NCBI RefSeq assembly: GCF_018350175.1
Contig: NC_058368.1
Span: 198,774,001-198,838,000, forward strand
Direction: 5' to 3'
Source: Felis catus
Taxonomy: Eukaryota
Length of the DNA: 64,000 bases
Shown: positions 1 to 12,490 of the stretch, piece after piece
How the letters are laid out: each line of letters begins with the position of its first letter
How positions within the stretch are numbered: position 1 is the stretch's first letter
The notes under the pieces: generated by a model
What the model was told of the DNA's origin: nothing
What the model saw: the letters and a program-made list of their open reading frames with translations, nothing else
The model's database searches: none
Translations under genes and position numbers: made by a program

Positions 1-401
1 ACCCATATAAAGAGGTGAATACAACAGTATCTGAGATGAATATGCACCAGATAGGATTCATGGCAGATTAGACATTGCAGAAGAGGAGAGTAATAATTTT
101 GAAGGCCATTAGTATTAGATACCATCCAAAGTGTTGAGAGAGGGAGGAGAAAATGGGAAATGCAAAGAGCAACACGAACTGTGGGACAGGTCCAAGTCCC
201 CAAGCATGGGTCATTGAAGTCTGTGAACATAAAGGGTGGAAAAAGGGACAGAAAAAAATATGTGAAGCGATAACGTCTAAAACATATTTAAACTTGAAGA
301 AATTTAACAACAAATCCAGGAAGCTTATTAAACCTCAAGAACAAGATATGAGCAAACTACACAAAGACATATGATAAAGTTGCTCGAAACCAGAGATAAA
401 G

Positions 402-807
402 TATGATGGTTAATTTTATATTGTCAACCTGCCTGGGCCACGGTGCCCGTGTATGTGGTCATATACAATCCTGGATGTTTGTGTTTTGGGATGAGATGAA
501 TATTTAAGTCAGTGGACTTTAAGTTAAGCAGACAGTCCTCTATAATGTGGGTGGGTCTCATCCAACCATTTGAAGGCCTGAATTGAACAAAAGATGACCA
601 CTGCCCCACCCCTCAGCAATGAGGAAGTCTGTATCAAGTAGCCTTTGGACTTGACCTGAAGCATCAGCTGTTATCTGGTTCTCCAGGTTACCCTGCAGAT
701 ACTGACCTGCCACCCTCCATAATTGAGTCAATTCCTTAGAATATATTTTTCTGTATATACATAAACCTACTATTGGTCTGTTTCTCTAGAGAACTTTGAA
801 TTAAACA
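402..807 (+). mobile_element. MLT2-type (ERVL) solo LTR
   Basis: Begins 'tgatggttaattttatattgtcaacctgcctgggccacggtgccc' and ends 'tattggtctgtttctctagagaac...aca', typical MLT2 termini. Confidence 0.85.
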
Positions 808-814
808 GAATATC

Positions 815-837
815 ATTTTAAAATTTGTGGGTTTTGC

Positions 838-879
<42 letters not shown>

Positions 880-1049
880 AGACAGCAAGTGGGAGAGGAG
901 CAGAGATGGGGGGGAGAGAGAAGCCCAAGCAGCCTCCTCACCATTAGTGGTGGAGCCTTACACAGGGCTTGAACTCCTAAAACGTGAGATCATGATCTGA
1001 GCCAAAGCCAAGAGCCAGATGCTTAACCCACTGAGCCACCCAGGCGCCT
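815..1049 (-). mobile_element. CAN-SINE with (GT)n tract at about 840-877
   Basis: Ends 'gagccacccaggcgcc' (antisense tRNA-like head). Flanking repeat aaacagaatatc at 803-814 and 1053-1064. Confidence 0.9.
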
Positions 1050-1432
1050 CTAAAACAGAATATCTTAAAAGTAGATAATGGGTGTTATAGAGGAACAATG
1101 GTAAGAGTGACATCAGATTTCTACTGGAAACAAGGCAAGCAAGACAGAGCAACATCATTAAAATACTGAAGGAAAAAAATTATCAACCTATACCCAGCAA
1201 AAATATCTTTGAAAACGATGAAACATAAAAACGTCTTCACTGTACTTTTTTGTTATTACTTTTGTTACACTTTTTCCAGCGTTAAAAGAAGTATTAAAGG
1301 AAGTCCTTTAGACAGAAGAAAAATGAATCCAGATGGAAATCTGGATTTATACAAAGAAAGGGAAAGTACAGAAAATGGTGACCACGTGGGTAGTCATATA
1401 AAATTTAGTTCTTATTTAAATCTCTATAACAT

Positions 1433-1558
1433 GGCACGTGGGTGGTTCAGTCGGTTGATCGTCCAACTCTTGATTTCAGCTCAGGTCATGATCCCAGGGT
1501 CATGGGATCAAGCCCTGTGTGGGGCTCTATGCTGAGCATGGAAACTGCTTAAGTAAGG

Positions 1559-1626
<68 letters not shown>

Positions 1627-1692
1627 TTCTCGCTCTCCCTTTCTCGCTCTCCCTCCACTGCTTGCAGGAGCTCGCTCTCTAAAAAAATAAAC
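1433..1692 (+). mobile_element. CAN-SINE with long (CT)n
   Basis: 'ggcacgtgggtggttcagtcggtt' head, (CT)n at about 1564-1650, A-rich tail. Confidence 0.9.
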
Positions 1693-2379
1693 AGTATATC
1701 GAGTTTATAATGTGAAAAGTAAAATGCAGGAGAATAATGGCATAAAATTCATAGTGGAAAAGGGGAAGTAGACTTTCGTAAGGTTCTTTTACGTGAAGTG
1801 ATTATAATAGCACTTGAAGGTAGACTGTGATAAAACATGTAGTATAAACCCTAACACAACCACTGAAATAACAGAGTGATAGCCAAGAAAGCAGCAGATG
1901 ATATAAGATGGAATTAACACAAATTAACAAACAAAAACAGAAAGAAAGGAACAAGATAGATGGAATAAATAGAAAACAAGTAGTAGGTGATATACTCAAA
2001 CCTAACCATCAGTAAGCAAATTAAATAGTTGCGACTCAATTAAGGGAATGAAATCGATATTAGATAAAATAACAAAAAACAGGACCCAACTATATAAGAC
2101 TTGAAACAAATCTTAAATATAAAGACACAAATAGGTTGGGAAAAAAAGGTATCATGCTAACAGGAGTCAAAGTTGGAGTGGCTGTGTTATCAGAAGAGGT
2201 AGATTTTATAGCAAAGAATAATGCTGGGGATAAAGAAGTTTATTTTATAATGGGATCTTTTAATCAACAGAATATAAGAGTACTAAACATTTATAGAACT
2301 TTTAAACAGTTTTAAAATATACAAAAACTGATGGAGCCCTAAAAGGGAAATAGCCAAACCCACATGTCAGATGTTAATA

Positions 2380-2588
2380 CTTTTTTTTTTTTTAAGCTTA
2401 TTTAAGATCCCAGCATGAGTGGGGGATAGTCAGAGAGAGAAGAGAGAATCCCAAGCAGGCTGTAAACTGCCAGCTCCGAGCCCCAGCACGGAACCTGAGG
2501 AGGTGTTCAAACTCATGAACTGCGAGATCATGACCTGACTTGAAATTCAGAATTGGTCGCTTAACTGACTGAGCCACCCAGGCGTCCC
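2380..2588 (-). mobile_element. CAN-SINE
   Basis: Poly-T followed by '...gagatcatgacctga...gagccacccaggcgtccc'. Confidence 0.9.
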
Positions 2589-2829
2589 AGCAGTTGTCAT
2601 TTTTAATGGTGGAAGAATTCTTTCCTCCTCAGATCAAGAATAAGAACACATGGGTTTCTGTTCTCAACACTTCTATTCAATATTGTAGTAGAGGTTCTAA
2701 CCAGGGCATTAGGCAAGAAAAAGAAAAGGCTTCCAGATTGGAAAGAAATAAGTAAAACTATCTTTATTTGCAAATGACATAATCATCTGTGTAGAAAATT
2801 CGATAGAATGTATAACTTTATATCAATAT

Positions 2830-3530
2830 ATTAGATGGCTGATGCGAATTAGAGCTGGTAATTTGGGAGATCTAAAAACTTGGAGGATAGTCTTGGAGAG
2901 AATGGCGAATTCCATTTGGAACGTTTGGAGAATGTTGTCCATAACAATAGAAGTGGGAAGAGTATGGTGGATAAATGTTAGGCAAGTGTTGAATTCATTC
3001 CGATAGATGACCACACTCCCTGAAAATTGATCAATGGAAATGTAGAGGTCCCAGGTATAAGCAGATGCCACAACTTCAGGTGGAAAATTATTAAGAGGTG
3101 ACTATGGTGAAATGGTCCAAAAGCATTGTAAAGAATGCACACTTGTCCTGAGTAGCACTGTTATGGAAAGGAAAAGTTTTGTTGGCTAGTATAAGGAGGA
3201 TGAGAAAACGTGCAAGAAAATGTTGGAGCTTAGAGAAGACTTTTCTTAACAAAGCTGAGGTTCCATATAACTCAGTGAAAGGACCCCATGATGATGAAGG
3301 AGGGGCTGTGTTGGGAATGAGAGGCATGAAGTAAGGGATATAAGAGGGAAAGGGTCGATGCTTATGGTTGACTCTGTGTGTTCACTATAGCTAATGAAGG
3401 TGGGTAAGAGGTTAGAGAAACAAATTGGTGATGACAGAGGAAGGGGAGAAGAAAGGCAGCTGAGGAGCGCCAAGCAGGCCGATTTGAAGTTATCCATGGA
3501 CCCACAAAACCTAGCCCCTTCTGGAGTTCC
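2830..3530 (-). mobile_element. Degenerate L2-like LINE fragment
   Basis: Purine-rich + strand resembling antisense L2 internal sequence. No intact ORF. Confidence 0.45.
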
Positions 3531-3939
3531 AGATAGGCAAGACTGCTGTGTACAATTGTACTTCCTGGTTCTTTTTGTTGTTTAGAGCAGGGGTGTGTGT
3601 ACGTATGTAACTGAAGAAGAACAAAGGAGATGGAAGGAAGGTCCTAAAATAAATGACAAAGCCTAACACCAAGAAAAGATAACTAGGAGAAAAAATAAGC
3701 AAGTCAGAAAGCCACACATACTTGTGGAAGATAAGAGAATAGCTGCTGGAAACCTTTGGACTCACTGGGAAACTAAGCAAGACAAATGTAAGAAGAAAAC
3801 AATAGTGTTGAGGAATATTTGTAACAGGTATTACAGAGTTTATGGCTGTCCCATTTAGAGAATTCAATCACATTTACACATACTACCTAGAATCCAATCG
3901 ATACATTGAACATAGTCCATAAAGAGATGATTCATGAAA

Positions 3940-4730
3940 AGAATGACAAATAAATGGGAAAGGTTCAACTTTGCCAGAAGTTAAACTTTACTAGAGAATC
4001 AGAAACATGTTAACCTTATCCTTAAATTTACCAAAATTGTTTATGCTAAGACCCAATGTTTGATAAGATTGTGGTAGCATGCATTACTGGTGGCATGAAT
4101 GACATTGTTCCTTTTCTTGAAAAGCAGTTATTCACATAAATCAAAGGTTACCAAAATATTCACATCTTTTGACCTAGTAACTGTACCACCGAGGATTTAT
4201 TTTAAGCACATAATTCCAAAGAAACTATATGCGTAACATCCTTGTAACGCTTGTATAACTTAAAACGTTTAAAATAATTTAAACGTCCTATAGCCATTGA
4301 GTTTATTAAATTACAGTTGCTCAATTGAAAAGATGATAAATTGGAAAAATAGTCTTCTGTTGAGGAAAATTAATATTTATTAAAGAGAAAAACAACAACT
4401 ATAGGGGCGCCTGGGTAGCTCGGTCAGTTAAGTATCTGACTTCGGCTCAGGTCGTGATCTCTCGGTTCATGGGTTTGAGCCCCACGTGGTGCTCTGTGCT
4501 GACAGCCCAGAGCCTGAAGCCTGCTTCGGATTCTGTGTATGTCTCTCTCTGCCCCTCCTCCACTCACGCTGTCTCGCAAACTAAATATTTAGAAGTAAAT
4601 AAGAATAAAAAATAAACTGTGCTTTGAATGAAAAATGGGAAAAGAACATGTAAAAATAAGCGTGCTTTGATATGGCTGAATTATATGTGAAATTTTGTTC
4701 TTGAAATTGTTTCTTTATAATGTTTTGATA
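3940..4730 (+). mobile_element. Old L1ME-type 3' region, interrupted by a SINE
   Basis: 'gcattactggtggcatg', 'atattcacatctttttgacctagtaa', 'aataatttaaacgtcc' resemble the L1M ORF2 end and 3' region. Confidence 0.6.
4404..4612 (+). mobile_element. CAN-SINE (SINEC_Fc-type)
   Basis: 'ggggcgcctgggtagctcggtcagttaag' head and A-rich tail. Confidence 0.92.
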
Positions 4731-6849
4731 TCAAGCCAATTAACAGTAAAACAGTTATTGGAAGAGTGGGGAACAACTGAAAAGAGAATCTACCTTGAGA
4801 ATTTGTTTCTTAAAAGCATCACAAGAAAGGTATGTGTGTCCAGTTTTAGCAAGACAAGAATGTCTGCCTTTTCAGAAGGAAAGGGAGTCCAAACTTTATT
4901 GGATTGTTAACTTCAGCAATCTTTTACCTTTGACATAATTTTTAGAAGAAATTTAAATTGTCAAAACTTAAAGGGCCAAGAAGTCCTCCAGAGAGTGGGT
5001 CCTGTGGATAAAGAAAGAAAAATTGGAAGGCTTGCACCTTGGTAGAGAAACAAAAGTGAAATATGTCCCAAGTGAATTCCTTGACTGGAGAGGCACAAGG
5101 AATTTGTTGATAAAAGGGTTGTTAACCTATAGATTATACAAATGCTCACTTTTTTTTTTTTTTTCTTCTTAAGCTAGAAGAATGGAGTCTAAAGGCTTAG
5201 GTTAATATATTGATGTAACCTGGAGAAAATTCAACACTTGGAATTGAAAAAGGGGGAAGATCTCTTTTAAGGATATTTATTACTTCACTTGGAAAGTAGT
5301 CAAATGGTATGCCATTCAGTTAAAATAGAAAACGATCATGCTAATTTGAAAGAAATACAGAAAACGTTCATGAAGATTTGAATGAGTTATTTTAGAAACT
5401 TTAGTATTCACTTGCATATGTGTTAAGTCAACAAGAGAAGTTAAAAAGTCCAATTTTGGTATCTGCCAAAGGATTGTTTTGTAAATGCCCGTGGATTAAA
5501 TTTGCTTTTAGGATATCGAAATCATATTTAGGAGAATTTCACTAGAGTAAACCAGAATTGTCCAAACATCACAAAATTACGATGGCATAAATCATGCCCT
5601 GGGTCTAGGTCAAGGCCACCAGATTTTCCTTCAGCAGTTGTTAAAGTGACCCAGGGAATTCAGAAGTACGCACAGAGTATCTGTGTACATGTGTACGGAC
5701 TTGAGTGTTAGGGGGGTTGGGGAGAGGTTGGTCTGTAGGTCCAAGTAAGATACTCAAGTGTTCCACACCACGAATAAAAATAGACCAGCCTCACTCCCAA
5801 AACTAATTTTGTTACAATTCCAGGAATGCTTTCCCTGCGTAAAAAAAAAATTTCACATCCATCTCCCTTGTATCACGGGTTTTGCTTAATTTAAGGGCTA
5901 AAAGACAAAAACTGAAAGCCTATGCAAACAATTATTTCCCCAAAGAGTGACTAAGTCATATATTTATTAAAATTTGTGGGGTTAAATCTTAGGGGAGGTT
6001 TCAGTCTTACTAATGGAGCTTAGATCAGCCAGGAAAAAATGACCGTGTAACTTAGGCTTCAGCCATCATCTTGTTTGAGTGGGGTCTGGGGACACCTACC
6101 CATGAGGCCTTCAGCCAAATACGAGAGGCCATTGATGATGGACTCTGTTGTTACTGTTATTTCCTCTTTCTTGTTTAATATAAATAATAAAATCCTAATT
6201 CTAGGAGAAACTTTAAGGAGCTAAGCTAATCCACACTCATTTTGCAGATGAGCGATTCAAGGTCAAGAAAAAAGTGGCTGGTGAGTCTAAGAGCTGTGGC
6301 TAGTACCTCTAGAACAGTGCTCTTATCCCATCAGCACACTGGCTACCTGTGGAGAGCATCAGGATGCCTACTTTGAGGAGAAATAACGGCGATCCAGCCC
6401 CGAGTCCTGGCTGAGTCAGTTGGACCTTTTCTCTCCCCTCATAAGTTCCTGGTTTTACTAATAATGCCCATAAAAAAACTACTTTTGAACTCATGGCTAT
6501 TTTTATTCCGCAAATAAAGCAATGTAGTATGGAACGGAGAACACTTACTTGTATATTGCATTATTTATAAATAGGCAAAATAGTGGGTTTATTGGGCATG
6601 TGTATATTTTTACAATCGGCTTCACCTGTATTTTGTTCAAAATTGGACAGAATACTGTGACTTGATCAAGATGTTAGTATACAGAGGAGGTATAGAGCTT
6701 TGGTGACAAGGCCTATGTTGAAGTTTTGAATATGGCACATAGTACTCTTGGCCGCCTAACCCTTGGCTCACTTTCCTCTTGGAATAGTAGTACTGATACT
6801 AGGATTGTTGTGACAGTTAAACTGGGAAATAAATATAAACCCTTAGTAT

Positions 6850-7600
6850 AGATCTTTAAAGAAATATTGAGATCCTCTTATGTGCCTGTCACTGGCATAC
6901 AGGGTAGATTATGCACTATTTATTTATCATGGATTCTAGCCGTCTAACTGGGGAATAGACCTAAAACAAACTGATAAGTAACTATAACTGAAAATTACAT
7001 AGAAGAACTGCATGCTGGAAGAACATGAATCCCCCAGAATCAATCTATTTCAAGGATGCCATAGAAAGCTTGCCTGATGAAGTAAAAACTGTACCTGAAG
7101 GATGAAGAGTTGGCCAGGGGACCAAGGAACACTAATGGAGCGGTATGTGCAATGGTCCTGAGTTGGAAGGGACGTAGCTTGTTTTAGGAACCGAAGACTG
7201 ATATGAGGGGGAAAATGGTACAAACTAAGCCTGGAAAAGGGAAGAGAAACCAGATATTAGATAGAGCCTTGTTAGGTGTTTTGAACTGTATAACTGTATC
7301 CTGAGTAGTGAGAAGCTACCCAAAGGGTTTAACCAGGGGAGTGATGTGAACAGATGTGAATTTCAGGATGATCGCTTCTGCTAATGTGCGGAGATGACTG
7401 ACCAGGCCAGTAATGGATGCAGACAGTTGAGTTAGGCCCTTGAAGTTGTCCAGGTGGTGGCAGTGGAGGTGGCAACTTGGCCAGTTATGGAAAGGAAGTG
7501 GACATATTTTAGAACTATTTTGTGGATGGAAGTCACAGGCTTTGTGGTTAGGATTAGGAGAGAGGAAAAGGAAGAGCTATGGAGGACTCCAGATACTTAG
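6850..7600 (-). mobile_element. L2 3' fragment with adjacent MIR pieces (about 6200-6330, 6680-6850)
   Basis: 'gtatgtgcaatggtcctgagttggaaggg', 'gggtttaaccaggggagtgatgtgaacagatgtg' are typical antisense L2 phrases. Confidence 0.75.
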
Positions 7601-7779
7601 TCTGTAGAAGTCCTCAAATGTTTTCAATTGCTACTACAACTTTTATTTTACCAATGCTTTCATAATACATCAGACCTTAAGGCAGCACATGATTTTGACT
7701 GGGAGGAATTTAAAGCCTCAGTAGTCAGTTGGTGACCATTAATAGTCTCAACTTTTATTTACTAAACACTTTATAGCCC

Positions 7780-7905
7780 TGGGTGCTATCTGTTCTCATT
7801 TATAGACTAAGAAATTGAGGCACGGAGGCATTAAGTAACTTGTTCAGTTAATAATGGTAGAGCCAGAATTGGAACCCAGACATTCTGTCTTTGGGGCCCA
7901 TGCTA
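7780..7905 (-). mobile_element. MIR
   Basis: 'cattttatagactaagaaattgaggcacggaggcattaagtaacttg...agagccagaattggaaccca' MIR core. Confidence 0.8.
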
Positions 7906-8067
7906 TCCGGCCATTTTTATTCCTCAAAACAACCTTTGAAAACACTATTCTGATGGTTTGACCTTTATATCCCTAATGAATGTTAACATTCCCCCACCCC
8001 CAACCCCAACCTCATGTAACCCAGTGTAAAGGAATAAAATAGACTTGATCAAATAGTCACCCTTCTT

Positions 8068-8293
8068 CTTTTTTTTTTTTTTTTTTTTCAATGTTTTACT
8101 TATTTTTGAGAGAGACAGAGACAGGATGCTAGTGGGTTAGGGGCAGAGAGAGAGGGAGACACAGAATCCAAAGTAGGCTCCAGGCTTCTAGCTGTCAGCA
8201 CAGAGCCTGATGTGGGGCTTGAACTCACCAGCTGTGAGATCATGACCTGAGCCGAAGTCGGACACTCAACCAACTGAGCCACCCAGGTGCCCC
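8068..8293 (-). mobile_element. CAN-SINE (SINEC_Fc-type)
   Basis: Full body. TSD aaatagtcacccttctt at 8051-8067 and 8294-8310. Confidence 0.95.
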
Positions 8294-9910
8294 AAATAGT
8301 CACCCTTCTTGATTGCTCTTCTAGTTGAACTGAAAGCATGGCTTTAAATTTAAATTCTTTTGAATCCTTGCAAATGTGTAGAATGACTAAAATTTTTAAA
8401 AATTCTTTTCAATGCATAGTACATTTTTCTTATTTTCTGGACTGATTACGTAGGCTTTGTCCTCTGAACATTCATTACTACAGTCATACTGTAAAAATAT
8501 GAAGGCAGCAAAATGGAAGAGCGCATATACCTTTGCAGGATAAATCTAGCCACATATGTTCTATTTGGAGAGAAAACATTTATGAGTATACTGCAGAAAC
8601 ATTTATATGCCTATAAATAACATTGCTAGGTTACTTTGCTTAGCGTGAACATTTGAGGACATTTTTGCAGTCGATTTATTATGTCTGTGTGAGGATTAAA
8701 GATGGTAACAGTGATATAATCTGCCTGTTGGATTCTAAATTTCAAAACTTTTGAATATGAGTGTTTTGCATATGAGTGCAGCAATTTCTGGAAGGATATT
8801 CCTTTCCTTGGGTACCTGCTTGTTGTCAGCTTTAAAGAATCAAAGCAGATTAAACATGGCTGGGGTGTTCCACAACTGTGTCTTTTTCAAAGTTGGGGCC
8901 TATCTCATTTCTCTGGAACATCTTCACTTGAGTTGTCCTGAATATAACCACTAATAGACTGTTGAGCGTTTGCAGAGAGCTTTTCATTTTCAGGATTTCA
9001 CAATCATTGCCTTTTAATCCATATGACACCCCCGTGAGGGGTAGGTAGATACATTCAAACATCCAAGTCTCCTGCAGGCACATTTTCAGTGCCAGCAGGA
9101 ATATTGTGATTGGCACTGACTTTCCTTAATTTCCCAGAGGCCAGACACCTGGAGAGGCTTTTCTGCAGGCCCAGGTACATTCCAGTGCCGCAGCCTCCTC
9201 ATTCCTTCTGCTATTTTACTGAGATTCTGTGACTACATGCACTATTAACCATAAGCTGTGGTGACTGTGTCTGCATAAAACCCATACAGGAGGGGTATGT
9301 TTCAGAAGATTGTTAGAGGGCCCAATGAACATTTACATCCTATACAACAAACTTCAACTAGTGTTTACTTCTGTCACTCTCACAAGGGTTCTTGTCATTC
9401 AGTGGTGATATGTGTAGCTCCAAGTAACTATTTAGATTAATAAATAAGCCCCCAGGATTTCTCTTAAAGTCTATAATGTATTCAGAAGGTATGCACAGCC
9501 AGTGACTAAACCATCAATACAGAATCGATTGATACAGAGCACTAGAAGTTATATGTTGTATGCTTATTTGTATCAGGTACTGTGATAAACATAATACATT
9601 GTATTATTTTGTAACAACTACATGAGGTAGATGCTATTATTCCCATTTTAGAGATGTTGAAAGTAGGTTGCCCACAGTGTGCTTACTTAAACCTAGTTCC
9701 ATCAGACTCCAAAGTTGCTTCTTAGCCATTACGTGATATTCACTGCTTAAGGTGGAAGACAGTATATAGAATTTGGAAGTGCTAGGACAACATATAACAA
9801 AACAGTGGTGTTAATAGGGTGAATATAAAAAGGTACATACTGACTTTCATTTTTAGAGTAAAACAAAACCATGTAAAAGAATTGTTCTTATCTACATCAT
9901 ACTGTATATC

Positions 9911-10127
9911 TTTTTTTTTTTTTTAATGTTTATTTACTTTTGAGACAGGGAGAGACACAGCATGAACGGGGGAGGGGCAGAGAGAGAGGGAGACACAGAA
10001 TCTGAAACAGGCTCCAGGCTCTGAGCTGTCAGCACAGAGCCCGACGCGGGGCTCGAACTCACGGACCGTGAGATCATGACCTGAGCCGAAGTCGGACGCT
10101 TAACCGACTGAGCCACCCAGGCGCCCC
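9911..10127 (-). mobile_element. Young CAN-SINE (SINEC_Fc-type)
   Basis: CpG-rich body. TSD catactgtatatc(ttttt) at 9898 and 10128. Confidence 0.95.
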
Positions 10128-11171
10128 CATACTGTATATCTTTTTACCTCTCCAGGCACCTGCCATAACTTTATAACTTCAAATGAAAAGTATTTCTAAA
10201 TATTTTGCTCTAATTTCTTGAAAAGGAATGATGATTTATCTTACAGTTGCCCATACTAATGTTTCAAACCTTAGATTAATTGGGTGGTTAGAAATTACTG
10301 AAGAGATTAACTCTTATTAGTAGGGCTTTTAATTGAAAAAGTACTTGTAAATAGCAAAACATTCAAATGAAAGAAAAAAATCTTCTGTGTAAGACCTCCT
10401 GATCTCCAATTGTCCCAAGAATCCTCATTAGTTAGTTTCTTACGGATCCTTTTAGAAATCATATTTGTTGGCATATGTGCATACATATATGTTCGCATGT
10501 ATGTTGCACCTGATAAGCCTCTGTACTAAAACCTGTGAACCAGATATGTTGAATCCATCATGACTTGAATGATAATAGTTCAGTGCTCGATACATGATCA
10601 AAAATTTATCCTCTGAATATATTTTAATAGAAATCATTTACTGCATGCATTATAAAATAGTTACCTACACATAGACAATTACAATTGCACTTGTAAGAAA
10701 AATGTTTACATAACATTAACCATGTCTTAAAACTTTGACATAAATACTATGTAATTCTAATATAAGATGCTTGTAATTTAGGTACCTTCATCTGTAGAGT
10801 CGCTGAGTTCTGTATGAGAGAAAACTAAGAATTAGATGCAAAGATCCTAGTAGATCTAATATTTTCTTTGGAGTTTCTCTGCACTTCCAAATGTCTTTAT
10901 TATAATTGACAAAATTTACAAGTGATGTAACATATTAAAGAATAGGGTAGTATTGTGAAGAAAAGAGTTTTATTTCACTATAATACACAGCTATATTTTG
11001 AAAATTTGAACAGGGTAATGTGTCATCAGTTTATCTCGAATTGTGTTTCTGGCATAAATATGAGCTCTGAAAATTAGCTCTTAATCTGCCTAAAAAAGGA
11101 TTTGAGCATTTTATGCATTTTTTAAAGTTAAGTTGCTAATTCCTTTTTTTGTTTTTGTTTTCTAATTTTAG

Positions 11172-11231
11172 GTTTCAGTATAAAAGCAGTGCCCTTCCAG
11201 AATGCCATCTTGAATGTAAAGGAACTTGGAG
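11172..11231 (+). CDS. ARL15: ARL15 internal coding exon, 60 nt (probably exon 3)
   Basis: T-rich tract plus TTTAG acceptor (AG 11170-11171) and donor GAG|GTAATA (GT 11232-11233). Phase 1/1 translation (G)FSIKAVPFQNAILNVKELG(G) matches the ARL15 switch I/interswitch region as I recall it and splices in frame to the exon at 51614. Too short for the ORF track. Confidence 0.96.
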
Positions 11232-12361
11232 GTAATAACATTTAAAATCCTTTCTGTGTCTGGCTTAAGCTTGTACTAATTTGGTATTGACATGATGTAG
11301 AATTAAAACATTATTATTCTAGTAAGTGATTTATTTGTACCTTTTCCCTTGGTAATAGAGATATTTCTTTCTCTTTATATATGTTTTAAAGGTTGTCAAA
11401 TAGTTCCAAGTAAAAAACTTTTTTTTTGTAATTTGAGAACCATACCATTCTATTTCATTTGCTCCATACTTTTCAGTTTCACTTGTTCAAAAAATTTCTT
11501 CCTGATTGAAAAGTATGAAGAAGTTTTAATGTAATAGATAAGCCATACATTATGCAGGGCGAAGAACTGTATTTTAGAGTAGTTTGTATTCATACCGCAG
11601 GTTTTATTGTATTAGATCTTTTTAGAATGTATTTGTTCTGATAATAAATCTTTGCCAATGAGTTCTTTGCTGGTCAGGCACATTTATTGGATAGGCTGTA
11701 CCCCAAACTATACATCACTCAGTCTTTCATTACACTCTCTGTCTGAGATTTTTTGGTTGTGTTTTATGTCAGTCAGGGTCTTAACCCATGTAAATAGGTT
11801 AACAAAGAAATCAGTCAATTCAGTGAACCTACTAAATTCTCTAATGGCACAGGAAAATGGCGAGTGCTCTGAAGTTCAGTATCATATTGGTGAGTTTAAT
11901 GACTTAGAAGAAAGTTCTCTTCCATCTCTTTAATCACTTTGTGATATTGACCTTCCTTCCCCCCACCGCCGTCACTTTTTCTGAGTTCATTCTAACTGAC
12001 CTACTTTTAACTTGATGCAATTGAAACACAAACTTTATGCCATTTTAATAGTGTTAGTGCCTTCTTATTTTTATCTCCTAATGTATTAGTTGATCTTCTC
12101 AGGTGTTTTAGAGAGCTGTATCTAGGGCAAGTTTACTGCTGTCAGTCTGTTTTATAGCTACCTTTGATTTTTATAGCATTAATATTTAAATCAACCACGG
12201 TTGATAAATTCCGGTTTTCCTTTAAGGCATTTGGTTTTGTTGTTTTGACTACAAAAATTATAAAACACGAGTGTTCTTGTAATGGAGACATTTTTCTATG
12301 TAAAAATTTTTAAAAGACTGCTCTTTTAGGTTGAATATTTTGATACTACTTCATGGTTTCT

Positions 12362-12490
12362 TTTTTTGTTTTTGTTTTTTTTAACATGAAATTTATTGTC
12401 AAATTGGTTTCCATACAACACCCAGTGCTCATCCCAACAGGTGCCCTCCTCAATACCCATCACCAACCCACCCCTCCCTCCCACCCCCAA
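12362..12490 (-). mobile_element. 5'-truncated carnivore L1 3' end
   Basis: 'catacaacacccagtgctcatcccaacaggtgccctcctcaatacccatcacc'. Imperfect TSD tactacttcatggtttct / tattacttcgtggtttct. Confidence 0.85.

Larger units (their letters stand above)
1..2810 (+). mobile_element. Old L1 (L1M-type) ORF1 to ORF2 remnant, interrupted by an LTR and three SINEs
   Basis: A-rich sense strand with L1 ORF1/ORF2-like phrases: 'gacatcagatttctactggaaacaaggcaagcaagacagagc', 'ggagtggctgtgttatcaga', 'ctattcaatattgtagtagaggttcta', 'tttgcaaatgacataatc' (degenerate FADDM motif). Confidence 0.85.
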
